Assembly: GCA_947589065.1 (NCBI GenBank)
Contig: CANPZM010000001.1
Span: 455 to 64,454 of the forward strand
Reading direction: 5' to 3'
DNA: 64,000 nucleotides
DNA from: an uncultured Clostridia bacterium
Lineage (GTDB): Bacteria > Bacillota > Clostridia > TANB77 > CAG-508
This document shows positions 1 through 9,170 of the stretch, one piece after another. A program made the translations under genes and the position numbers. A model generated the notes under the pieces. That model was not told the DNA's origin, searched no databases, and was given only the letters and a program-made list of their open reading frames with translations. Each line of letters opens with the position of its first letter. The first letter of the stretch is position 1.

Positions 1-562
1 GTTTTGTAAGCATATCTAAAGTTTCTTTATTTTTTACATCTTTCTTATATTCAGAAAAGTCCATTGGTTTTCCAAATCTATATATAACTTTTTTAAAAGG
101 TTTAAATGTTCCATCAACACCAAATGGTATTATTGGAACTCCTGCTCTTATAGCAATATTAACTGCACCATTTTTAGGTTTTATTCCTCTTTCAATTCCA
201 TTTCTGGTTCCTTCGGGATACATTCCTAATATTTCATTCTTTTTTAATATAGTAAATGCAGTTTTTATAGCTTCTCCATCTCTTTGTCCACGTTTTACTG
301 GAAATACTTTAAAAACAAAAGCCATAAATTTAAACCCCACACTTTTCCACAATTCCTGCTTTGCCATAAATCTTATTTTTCTATTTGTCGCTGCAAGTAA
401 TGCGGGTGCATCCATAGCGTGTACATGATTTCCGCAAATAACACAAGGCTCATCCTTTGGAACATTTTCTATTCCTTCTATTTTTACTCTATAAATAATT
501 AAATCAGCCAAATGGCATATTGGTTTTAAAATTATATAACAAATTTTTCGTAAAAATTCCAT
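1..562 (-). CDS. plsC: 1-acyl-sn-glycerol-3-phosphate acyltransferase (PlsC family). Partial: the C-terminus runs off the window start
   Basis: Minus-strand translation from the ATG at 562-560 gives MEFLRKICYIIL...PKDEPCVICGNHVHAMDAPALL... It carries the acyltransferase H-X4-D motif (NHVHAMD) and a YPEGTRNG motif. An SD (AAGAGGAA) lies upstream. The ORF is absent from the ORF track because it has no in-window stop. Confidence 0.7.
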   Translation of the reverse strand, partial: MEFLRKICYIILKPICHLADLIIYRVKIEGIENVPKDEPCVICGNHVHAMDAPALLAATNRKIRFMAKQELWKSVGFKFMAFVFKVFPVKRGQRDGEAIKTAFTILKKNEILGMYPEGTRNGIERGIKPKNGAVNIAIRAGVPIIPFGVDGTFKPFKKVIYRFGKPMDFSEYKKDVKNKETLDMLTK

Positions 563-574
563 CAGTAATTCCTC

Positions 575-1234
575 TTATTTTACCATTTTAATAATTTTTT
601 CAATTTCATCTGCAACTTCTTGAATTGTCATGTCAGTTGAATCTATTATAGTTGCTCCATCAGCAACTTTTAAAGCACCAATTTCTTTATTTTTATCATT
701 TTCATCTCTTTTTCGAATATTATCCAAAACTTCCTCATAAGTACAATCAATTCCTTTTTCTTGATTTTCCTTATATCTTCTTTGTGCTCTTTCTTTTTCA
801 TTTGCATCCAAATATATCTTTACATCAGCATTAGGAAATACATATGTACAAATATCTCTGCCTTCCATTATAACATCCTTTCCATCAGCTAATCTCCTTT
901 GCAATTCTACCATTTTCAACCTAACTGGAATAATTGAAGAAATTTGAGAAACAATTGAATTTACTTCAGTACTCCTAATTTGTTTTGAAACATCTTCTCC
1001 ATTTAAAAATACTTTTATTTCTCCATTTTCATGTTCAAAACTAATATCCAATTCATCTATTAAATCAACAATTTTTTGTTCTTCTTCTATTTTTAATCCT
1101 TTTCTAATACTTGCTAATGCCACACATCTATATGTTGCGCCAGTATCTAAATTAACAAGTCCCATTCTTTGAGAAATTATTTTTGTTATGGTTCCTTTTC
1201 CGCTTCCAGCAGGTCCATCAATTGCTACTATCAT
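575..1234 (-). CDS. cmk: cytidylate (CMP) kinase
   Basis: 219 aa. P-loop IDGPAGSGKGT, then DTGATYRCVAL and MEGRDI motifs typical of Cmk. Confidence 0.9.
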   Translation of the reverse strand: MIVAIDGPAGSGKGTITKIISQRMGLVNLDTGATYRCVALASIRKGLKIEEEQKIVDLIDELDISFEHENGEIKVFLNGEDVSKQIRSTEVNSIVSQISSIIPVRLKMVELQRRLADGKDVIMEGRDICTYVFPNADVKIYLDANEKERAQRRYKENQEKGIDCTYEEVLDNIRKRDENDKNKEIGALKVADGATIIDSTDMTIQEVADEIEKIIKMVK

Positions 1235-1278
1235 TATTCTATTCCTTTCTTTAATAAAATTATATATTTTAAAACTAT

Positions 1279-2127
1279 CTATTGTTCCTCTGGAAAATGA
1301 ATCTGTTTAGCAACAATATCAATATTTGAAATATACATTGCTGTTAAATTTTCTATTTCCCTTCTAGTCTCCTTTTTTAGAATTCTTAGTGTTTCCATCA
1401 TATTTGCACCATATTCAATAGAAACTTCTATATATAGTTGTACTCCAGCTGTATCATTGTGAGTTTTATCAACTCTTATCTTTAGTATTTTATATACCGA
1501 ATCTAGTTTTTTTGCAACTGTCACAATAATATCTTTGAAAACGCTATCAGAAATCGTAAAATTTCCTAAATAACTAAATGTAGGTCTTATTATTGATTTT
1601 TCAGCAACGTATGGCTCAACATTTTTTCCCTTAGACTTAAAAATTTGCAAAGGATCTAAAAGAAATCCAGAAAAGTCTTTTTTTATTTCAAATGTAGGTA
1701 CTGGAATTACATGTTTTCCTTCAGTCACACGCATTCGTCTAGCTGTATCCATTTCTTCTTGAGTTGCAACTTCATTTATATATATTCTTTCTGAAATTGG
1801 AGGTAATTCTAAATTTTCAGCTATTTTATCAACCATTGCATCTGAAGTTCCTAAAATAAGTATAGAATCTGGTTTATATTTTTTTATAGATTTTTGTACT
1901 TCTTCTTTCTTCTCTTCAGTTAAGAAAAGTGCATTTCTAACTGTTTCAATTTTCGTTGGAGCTTTCTTAGCTGAAATTCCAGCAATTACTTGATTATCTT
2001 TAATTAATAAACCATCATCTATAATATATTTTATATTTCTTTGGTTAGCAACATATTGAGCTCTATAACTCTTTCCTGTTCCTGATGGACCTATAAAACC
2101 ATATGTTTTAATTTTAAATAAGAACAT
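1279..2127 (-). CDS. Two-domain protein: N-terminal small P-loop domain resembling the HprK C-terminal kinase fold, C-terminal Asp23/Gls24-like domain
   Basis: 282 aa. GPSGTGKS followed about 15 aa later by IIDDGLLI...GISAKKAP, matching the HprK pattern G.SG.GKS ... LVADD ... GRAP. The C-terminal 100 aa resemble the Asp23 family (IVTVAKK...GVQLYIEVSIEYGANMMETLRILKKE...). Confidence 0.5.
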   Translation of the reverse strand: MFLFKIKTYGFIGPSGTGKSYRAQYVANQRNIKYIIDDGLLIKDNQVIAGISAKKAPTKIETVRNALFLTEEKKEEVQKSIKKYKPDSILILGTSDAMVDKIAENLELPPISERIYINEVATQEEMDTARRMRVTEGKHVIPVPTFEIKKDFSGFLLDPLQIFKSKGKNVEPYVAEKSIIRPTFSYLGNFTISDSVFKDIIVTVAKKLDSVYKILKIRVDKTHNDTAGVQLYIEVSIEYGANMMETLRILKKETRREIENLTAMYISNIDIVAKQIHFPEEQ

Positions 2128-2147
2128 ATACTATTTCTCCTCTAATT

Positions 2148-3707
2148 TTAAAAAGTTATCACAGCATCTATAGTCTGATTTGTATTATCTGCAGTATTGG
2201 TCGTAGTATTATTAGTTCCTTCTGTCATAGTATTATTTACAGAATTTTCAGTTTCATTTTCTACTTGATTTTGTACATTATTAGAAATTGTATTTTCTGT
2301 CTGCTCTGTTACCTGATTTTGATTTTGAATTTGATTTTGTAACTCTTCCTGTCTTTGTTTTTCTAGTTCTTCTTGTTTTTGTTTTTCTAATTCTTGCATA
2401 AGTTCGTCAAAATTTCTTCCAGTCTCTATATCAAATCGTTGTTGATCAACATTAGCACCAATCATGTTTTCACTTAAAACATTTATTTTACTTTCTATTT
2501 TATCTTCTGTATGCAAATCTCTTTGTGCATTAAGAACTGTAGCATATATTTTATTATAAAAGTCTTCTTTTACAGTTGCATATTTTTCATCTTCATTAAA
2601 TACCAATATATTTCTTTCATTTTGTACTCCATGAAAAACTGATACATATATTGAATAATAAATATTAGATTCTATTTTTACATTTTTTAATCTCTCTATT
2701 AATTTATTTTTATATTCTTCAATTATTTCTAATTCTTTTTCTGTAAACTCTTTATCTTCAGCTTTATATATAACTGCATCAATATAACAAGTATCGTTTA
2801 CTTTTTCATATAAGTCATACATTACTTTTGGTCTCTTTACAAAAACCGGAATATCCTTAGCTTGTTCTACGCTTGAACCATATAGATTTTCTCCAGACTT
2901 ATATCTATTATATATTGCTATATATGGTGCAAAATCTAACATATTTATTCTTATAGTTCTACCTTCTCTATATAATTCTATTACATTAGGATTAAATGAA
3001 AATTCAGTAACTTTATCATTATTATAATCAACTAGAAAGCTTAAAATTTCAGGTTCTACGCCTACATAAAATTCATTTGATATTCCCTCAGCAGTATAAT
3101 AATCAGCAGCTATCGTCTTATAAGCCGAAAAAGTAATAATATTTTTTATTGGTGCATTGCTTATGAATAAATCTTTTATTGAAATTCTTTCTCCATCAAC
3201 TAAGGAAAAATTTATTCCATAATTTTTACTATAATTTTCTTTAAATTGAACAAATATTTTTACAGATAACACATCAGAAAAATTTGCAGTAACCTCTGAA
3301 TCGACATAAGCTGTTGAATCTGAATTCGTTCTAAAATTATTACTTGAAAGTATCCTACTAATTCTATCTCTAATTTCATTATTTATTTTTTCTTGTACAC
3401 TACTATTATTTAGATTAGAAATTTGAGGATATTTTACATTAACATTATTTTCTCTATCTGTCTTATATTCCACATTAATTAAATTTAAATTATAAACATC
3501 TTCTAATTTAGCACCAACAACTATATTATCATCAGTATTTATGTCCTCGATTTTATTTTCAATAACTTTTGGTGCCTCTTCCACTATAACTTGTGACTCG
3601 CTTGGTTTATTAAAAAATCTAACATAAACTATAGTAGCTATAGTTATAATTAAAAGGATTACTGAAAAAACAATCAAAAATATTTTAGTTGGCTTATTAA
3701 TTATCAA
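2148..3707 (-). CDS. Membrane-anchored hypothetical protein (one N-terminal TM; possible DUF4163/DUF3298-like ectodomain; N/Q/E-rich low-complexity C-terminus)
   Basis: 519 aa. Hydrophobic segment IFLIVFSVILLIITIATIVYV near the N-terminus. C-terminal run QKQEELEKQRQEELQNQIQNQNQ. Overlaps the upstream gene by 11 nt, which suggests translational coupling. Confidence 0.5.
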   Translation of the reverse strand: MIINKPTKIFLIVFSVILLIITIATIVYVRFFNKPSESQVIVEEAPKVIENKIEDINTDDNIVVGAKLEDVYNLNLINVEYKTDRENNVNVKYPQISNLNNSSVQEKINNEIRDRISRILSSNNFRTNSDSTAYVDSEVTANFSDVLSVKIFVQFKENYSKNYGINFSLVDGERISIKDLFISNAPIKNIITFSAYKTIAADYYTAEGISNEFYVGVEPEILSFLVDYNNDKVTEFSFNPNVIELYREGRTIRINMLDFAPYIAIYNRYKSGENLYGSSVEQAKDIPVFVKRPKVMYDLYEKVNDTCYIDAVIYKAEDKEFTEKELEIIEEYKNKLIERLKNVKIESNIYYSIYVSVFHGVQNERNILVFNEDEKYATVKEDFYNKIYATVLNAQRDLHTEDKIESKINVLSENMIGANVDQQRFDIETGRNFDELMQELEKQKQEELEKQRQEELQNQIQNQNQVTEQTENTISNNVQNQVENETENSVNNTMTEGTNNTTTNTADNTNQTIDAVITF

Positions 3708-4677
3708 TATATCCAGCCTCCTTTATAATTTTTTTCCCTCTATCTGAATTTATAGCATCAATAAATATTTGCATAGTTTCAGAATTATTATTTTTTAACT
3801 TGACTAAATAATAATTTGTTATAAAAGGATACTGTTCATTTTTTATATTTTCATAATTAGGTTCTATATCATTAATGGACAATATTTTTGTTAAATCTCC
3901 ATTATTAACGTCTTTGCTAGTTGCTATATTATACATTTGCTTAGCATCGTAATAATAAGAATAACCTATTGCATTTTCAGAATTGTCATATGTTGCAATT
4001 ACATCATTTATTATTCCATATGATTTATCTTCAAATTCACGTGTAGGAGGTTCCATTAGTTTTAAAGTTTTCATTACAGAAGAAATCATTTGTCTCTGGT
4101 TAGCAGAATTTGGTGTTCTCTGGCAAGCAAATATTTCAGCATCTCTTCCCCCAAGTTGAGACCAATTTTTAATTTGACCAGTATAAATTTGTTGAATATC
4201 TGATACTTTTAAATTACTGATTGGATTATTATTATTTACATAAAATACAAATCCTTCTTTTGCTATTGGTATCATTTCCAACTCAACTTCGCTAGATTCT
4301 GCAATTCTAAGAATATCTTCTGATGGTTCAGTAGCAAGCAATAAATCAATTTCACCTTTAATTAATTTTTGATAACCATCTTCCTCTTTTGAAAAATTCA
4401 AATTAAGTTCTTGATTTTGAGTAAAATCTCTCACTATTGTTGTTAAAAGTGGTCTTGTAGCAATCATTGAATCTAGTGTAGGTAATTCATCTTCAGCCAA
4501 AATTACTTCATCTTTTTCTACATTCTCACCTTGCTGTGTATTTTCAATATATTTATCACTATCCTGTCCTACATTTATTGAAATCTTATCAGTAAAAAGG
4601 AAATATATAATTACACATATCACTGCCATAGCAATCATAATAAAAATTGGTAATGCAATATTTAAGAACTTTTTCAT
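3697..4677 (-). CDS. Membrane-anchored PstS-family (PBP-like) substrate-binding domain protein
   Basis: 326 aa. N-terminal TM IALPIFIMIAMAVICVIIYFLF. The motif IQQIYTGQIKNWSQLGG matches the PstS/PBP_like_2 signature (TG.I.nW..lGG). Confidence 0.6.
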   Translation of the reverse strand: MKKFLNIALPIFIMIAMAVICVIIYFLFTDKISINVGQDSDKYIENTQQGENVEKDEVILAEDELPTLDSMIATRPLLTTIVRDFTQNQELNLNFSKEEDGYQKLIKGEIDLLLATEPSEDILRIAESSEVELEMIPIAKEGFVFYVNNNNPISNLKVSDIQQIYTGQIKNWSQLGGRDAEIFACQRTPNSANQRQMISSVMKTLKLMEPPTREFEDKSYGIINDVIATYDNSENAIGYSYYYDAKQMYNIATSKDVNNGDLTKILSINDIEPNYENIKNEQYPFITNYYLVKLKNNNSETMQIFIDAINSDRGKKIIKEAGYIDN

Positions 4678-4801
4678 ACTAAATTCCCATCCTTTCCACT
4701 AAATAAACAAAATTTACTTATAATATTATATCTTTACCCAAAAAATTTGTAAATACTTGTTTTTTTATAATTTTTTTAATTTATGCATCAATCTTCCCAA
4801 A

Positions 4802-4866
4802 AATGTCAATAGGACGGAGAATCTGACACATTTTTAATATGTCAGATTCTCCGTCCCATTGACATT
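4802..4866 (-). terminator. Intrinsic terminator of tyrS with an unusually long stem (27 bp, 1 mismatch)
   Basis: AATGTCAATAGGACGGAGAATCTGACA..(loop)..TGTCAGATTCTCCGTCCCATTGACATT sits immediately after the tyrS stop. On the minus-strand RNA the hairpin is followed by UUUUUGGG. Confidence 0.7.
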
Positions 4867-6076
4867 ATTTTACTAGTTTGTGATAAATCTTTTTTCCTTT
4901 TTTTAAGATTGCATATCCAGCTTGGAAATCACTGTCTTGCAACATGTATGATATATCATCAATCTTTTTATCATTTAAAGTAATTGCACCTTGTGAAATT
5001 AATGTTTTAGCTTGACCTTTTGAATTAACTATTCCAGAAGTAACAATTGCATCTACAATAGAAATATTTCCATCAATTTTAGTTTCTTCCATTGTATCAA
5101 CATTTCCTTTTCCTTCAAACATTGCCATAGTTGCCTCTTCAGCTTTTTTTGCTTCTTCCTTTCCGTGCACTAATTTAGTAATCTCATAAGCAGCAATCTT
5201 CTTTGCTTCATTTATTCTTTCATCTTTATATTTAGTTAACTCTTCTATTTTATCAACATCAATAAACGTTAGAAGTTTCATAACATTTTCAATATCATCA
5301 TCAGCAACATTTCTCCAATATTGATAAAATTCATATGGTGAAGTTTTCTCAGGATTCAACCATAATGCACCTTTTTCGGTCTTTCCCATTTTCTTTCCTT
5401 CTTTAGTTGTCAATAATTTAAATGTAAAACCATAAGAATCATCAGCACCAATTTTTCTAATTAAATCTACTCCACCTATTATATTAGACCATTGGTCATT
5501 ACCACCCATTTGTAATTTACAATCATAGTTATCATGTAAATACAAGAAATCATATGATTGCATTAGCATATATCCTAATTCAAAAAAAGTTAAACCTGTT
5601 TCTAATCTATTTTTATAGCATTCTGCTGCAAGCATTTTGTTTACAGAAAAATGTACTCCAACATTTCTCATAAATTCAAGATATTTTAAGTCTCTTAACC
5701 AATCAGCATTATTTACAATAATCGCTGCATTTTCTCCTTCAAGACTTAAAAATTTTTCAATTTGTTTTTTTATTGAAGCAACATTATTATCAATATCTTC
5801 TATTGTAAGCATTTTTCTCATATCAGTTTTTCCAGATGGATCACCTATTACAGCAGTTCCTCCGCCCATCAAAATAATAGGTTTATGTCCAGCCTTTTGC
5901 ATATGTGATGCTACCATTAAAGAAATAAAATGTCCTACATGTAAACTATCAGCAGTTGGATCAATTCCTATATAAAATCTAACGCTCTCTTTTTCGAATA
6001 ATTTTTTTATTTCTTCAGGATGAGTTAATTGTTCCACATAACCTCTTTTTTCTAATGTATCAAATACGTTTGTCAT
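4865..6076 (-). CDS. tyrS: tyrosyl-tRNA synthetase
   Basis: 403 aa. HIGH-type motif HVGH and KMSKS-type motif KMGKT. A C-terminal S4-like domain is present. Confidence 0.95.
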   Translation of the reverse strand: MTNVFDTLEKRGYVEQLTHPEEIKKLFEKESVRFYIGIDPTADSLHVGHFISLMVASHMQKAGHKPIILMGGGTAVIGDPSGKTDMRKMLTIEDIDNNVASIKKQIEKFLSLEGENAAIIVNNADWLRDLKYLEFMRNVGVHFSVNKMLAAECYKNRLETGLTFFELGYMLMQSYDFLYLHDNYDCKLQMGGNDQWSNIIGGVDLIRKIGADDSYGFTFKLLTTKEGKKMGKTEKGALWLNPEKTSPYEFYQYWRNVADDDIENVMKLLTFIDVDKIEELTKYKDERINEAKKIAAYEITKLVHGKEEAKKAEEATMAMFEGKGNVDTMEETKIDGNISIVDAIVTSGIVNSKGQAKTLISQGAITLNDKKIDDISYMLQDSDFQAGYAILKKGKKIYHKLVK

Positions 6077-6102
6077 TTAATAAAATCCTTTCTCTATGTA
6101 AA

Positions 6103-6366
6103 TTATTTTTTTGAATCTTTATTTAGTATTCCTGAAAATTCTGCAGTTCCTAAATATCTATTTAAATTTTTTGTATTTATTCCTGTATCAATAGAAATTT
6201 GTTGAACATTTTGACAATTTTCAGTTCCATTTAAATCAATATAATTTCTTAATTTTTGTATATCTAAATTTTCGTTCGTTTTACAAGCCTGGCAAACTTC
6301 TAAATCTGAATGAAAAAAGTTTCCACAGCGAGGGCATTTTTTAAATTCCATAATTAGTACCTCCAA
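6103..6366 (-). CDS. Small zinc-ribbon protein, YvyF/TIGR03826-like
   Basis: CPRCG...CQAC zinc ribbon followed by a helical region. The likely true start is the internal MEFKKC (about 6351). The stop lies only 26 nt from the tyrS start. Confidence 0.45.
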   Translation of the reverse strand: MEVLIMEFKKCPRCGNFFHSDLEVCQACKTNENLDIQKLRNYIDLNGTENCQNVQQISIDTGINTKNLNRYLGTAEFSGILNKDSKK

Positions 6367-6456
6367 AGAATTTATATTTTGTCACATTCTATCATAAAAA
6401 AAAGAAAAAAGAAATACTTTTTAGATATTTCATTTTTTCTATTCTATATTCAATCT

Positions 6457-9135
6457 CTATTTAGCTTCATACCAATTTTTTCCCTCAGAAACTTCTACTT
6501 TAAGTGGCACTAACAATTTTGCAGCATTTTCCATACAATTTTTTAATATTAATTTAACTTGCTCTAATTCTTCTATTTCAGTCTCTATCAATAATTCATC
6601 ATGCACTTGCAAAATCACCTTTGATTTGTAACCACCTTTTTTTAATTCATTAAATACATTAATCATTGCAATCTTCATTATATCAGCTGCAGTTCCTTGA
6701 ATTGGAGTATTCATAGCTACTCTATCGCCAAATTTTCTTACCATGTAATTTTTAGACTTTAGTTCTGGAATATACCTTCTTCTTTTATATATTGTCTCTA
6801 TAAAACCTTTTTCTTTAGCTTCCTCAACAACATCTGTCATAAATTTTTTTATACCATCATATTTTTCTAAGTACTGCTCTATATATTTTTTAGCTTCTTT
6901 TCTTGAAGAATGTATTTGTGCTGCTAAACCGAAATCACTAATCCCATATACAATTCCAAAATTTACTGCCTTTGCCTTACTCCTTAACTCTTTTGTAACT
7001 TTTTCAAGCGGAATGCCAAAAACTTTAGATGCAGCTTGAGCATGGATATCTTCATCGTTTATAAAGTTATCAACCATTGTTTTATCTTTGGACACATGTG
7101 CCAAAATTCTTAATTCAATTTGAGAATAGTCTGCATCTAAAAATACTTTATTATCTGCAGGTTTAAATACTTTTCTTAATTTTTTTCCTAACTCAATTCT
7201 AGTAGGTATATTTTGCAAATTAGGCTCTGTACTGCTTATTCTTCCAGTTGCAGTAACAGTTTGATGGAAATATGAATGTATTCTTCCTGTCCTATTATTT
7301 ATATATGGAATCATTCCTTCTACATATGTTGAATTTAATTTTGCTAATTGTCTATATTCTAATATCTTTTCAATAATCTCATGTTCACCTTGTAATTTTT
7401 CTAAGGTTTCTACATCAGTAGAATAGCCACTTTTCGTCTTTTTTATTACAGGAAGTTTCAATTTTTCAAAAAGAATTTCACCTAACTGCTTTGGTGAATT
7501 TATATTAAATTCTTCTCCAGCAAGATTTATAATTTCAGATGTCAATTCATCTAAACGTAATTTTAATTCATGTCCATATTCAATTAATTCTTGTTTATCT
7601 ACATATATTCCTTGAATTTGCATATCTGCCAAAACTTCTAAAACTGGCATTTCTATTTCATTAAACAATTTTAACATATCATTTTTTTGTAATTCTTCTT
7701 GTAAAATATTATGCAATTTTCCAATTGAATACGTATAAATAAACGAATTATTATCCGCTTTATCTTGTGTTTCAAATAGGTTCATTTGTTCTTCTTGATT
7801 ATTTTTTTCATCAATATTCTGATTTAAATATGTCTTCATTAAATCTGGAATTGAATATAAATTCATCGTTGCATTCAGCAAGTACCCTGCAATTTTTATA
7901 TCAAACATGAAATTTTCTGGAAGTATATTTTGTTCTTTAGCCAAAATATAGATACTTTTTAAATCATAACTGCATTTTAAAATATCTCTATTTTCCAATA
8001 AATCTTTTATATCAGTCAAATTGTCAGTTATATATTGATAAACTTTATTTTCATCTTGCATATAAAAACTAATTGACTTTACTTTTTGTTTAATTATAGA
8101 CTCATCACTTTGAATAGTTTCAATATAAAAATATAATATTTTATCTTTTTCAATCTTACTTTTTAATTCAAGTAAAGTATTTTTATCTATAACTTCCTTT
8201 TGAAATTCAATTTTCTCATCATTTTGCAATTCATTTTCGCCTATTTCCTCAGATAAATTAAATCTTTCTATATATCTATTAAATCTTAATTCTTTGAATA
8301 TTTTTAGAACTTCTGTTTTATTCCATTCCTTTATTTTCAAATCATCTATTTTTTCTTCTATTGGTGTATTTAAATTTATTGTGCCTAAAGTTTTAGATAA
8401 CATAGCTAGTTCTTTATTTTCAGCAATTTTTTCTCTCTGCTTTCCCTTTATATTATCTGTTCCATTATCAATATTTTCATATAAATTTTCAATTGTCCCA
8501 TATTCTTTTATCAAAGAAAGTGCTGTCTTTTCACCTATGCCTGGTACTCCAGGTATATTATCAGAAGTATCTCCTTGTAGTCCTTTAACTTCAATCATTT
8601 GCTTTGGTTCAACACCATATACTTCTATTACTTTATTCCTATCAAATATATCTGTTTCCGTTTTTCCTGCTTTAGTTCTAGGAATATAAATTGATACTTT
8701 ATCAGTTGCAAGTTGAAATGAATCTCTATCTCCAGTTAATAAAACAACATCTATCCCCGCTTTTTCCCCCATTTGTGATAAGGTACCTAAAATATCATCA
8801 GCCTCATATCCTTCTTTTTCGATTATCGTAATATTCATAGCATGTAAAACATTCTTTAAAATTGGCATTTGACTTGCCAATTCATCTGGCATACCTTTTC
8901 TTGTAGCCTTGTATCCTTCATACATTTTATGTCTTGCAGTTGGAGCTTTTAAATCAAAAGCAATTGCAATATAATCAGGTTTTACTTCATCCAATTCTTT
9001 AAATAAAATTGCCAGAAAACCATAAACTGCATTTGTATAAGTTCCATCTGCTGTTTGCAACATTTTATTTCCCATAATTCCATAAAAAGCTCTATTTACT
9101 ATACTATTTCCATCTACAACAATTAATTTAGGCAT
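6457..9135 (-). CDS. polA: DNA polymerase I
   Basis: 892 aa. N-terminal 5'-3' exonuclease domain, then the C-terminal pol A motifs (RRYIPELKS..., NTPIQGTAADI, HDEL). Confidence 0.95.
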   Translation of the reverse strand: MPKLIVVDGNSIVNRAFYGIMGNKMLQTADGTYTNAVYGFLAILFKELDEVKPDYIAIAFDLKAPTARHKMYEGYKATRKGMPDELASQMPILKNVLHAMNITIIEKEGYEADDILGTLSQMGEKAGIDVVLLTGDRDSFQLATDKVSIYIPRTKAGKTETDIFDRNKVIEVYGVEPKQMIEVKGLQGDTSDNIPGVPGIGEKTALSLIKEYGTIENLYENIDNGTDNIKGKQREKIAENKELAMLSKTLGTINLNTPIEEKIDDLKIKEWNKTEVLKIFKELRFNRYIERFNLSEEIGENELQNDEKIEFQKEVIDKNTLLELKSKIEKDKILYFYIETIQSDESIIKQKVKSISFYMQDENKVYQYITDNLTDIKDLLENRDILKCSYDLKSIYILAKEQNILPENFMFDIKIAGYLLNATMNLYSIPDLMKTYLNQNIDEKNNQEEQMNLFETQDKADNNSFIYTYSIGKLHNILQEELQKNDMLKLFNEIEMPVLEVLADMQIQGIYVDKQELIEYGHELKLRLDELTSEIINLAGEEFNINSPKQLGEILFEKLKLPVIKKTKSGYSTDVETLEKLQGEHEIIEKILEYRQLAKLNSTYVEGMIPYINNRTGRIHSYFHQTVTATGRISSTEPNLQNIPTRIELGKKLRKVFKPADNKVFLDADYSQIELRILAHVSKDKTMVDNFINDEDIHAQAASKVFGIPLEKVTKELRSKAKAVNFGIVYGISDFGLAAQIHSSRKEAKKYIEQYLEKYDGIKKFMTDVVEEAKEKGFIETIYKRRRYIPELKSKNYMVRKFGDRVAMNTPIQGTAADIMKIAMINVFNELKKGGYKSKVILQVHDELLIETEIEELEQVKLILKNCMENAAKLLVPLKVEVSEGKNWYEAK

Positions 9136-9170
9136 ATTAGTACCAATCCTTTCCTAATTTAAGAATATTT

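Noticed and set aside
6077-6456. T-box leader for tyrS
   Set aside because: Only 26 nt separate tyrS from a convincing zinc-ribbon ORF, and no T-box consensus (AATTAGGGTGGNACCGCG, or its complement on the plus strand) occurs in 6077-6456.
8294-8689. 131-aa plus-strand ORF inside polA, together with other plus-strand ORFs of 60-170 aa listed in the track (e.g. 652..834, 5637..5975, 28356..28862, 57015..57404, 58572..59024)
   Set aside because: All are antisense to well-supported minus-strand genes. Their translations are low-complexity and F/L/I-rich, typical of AT-rich antisense frames.
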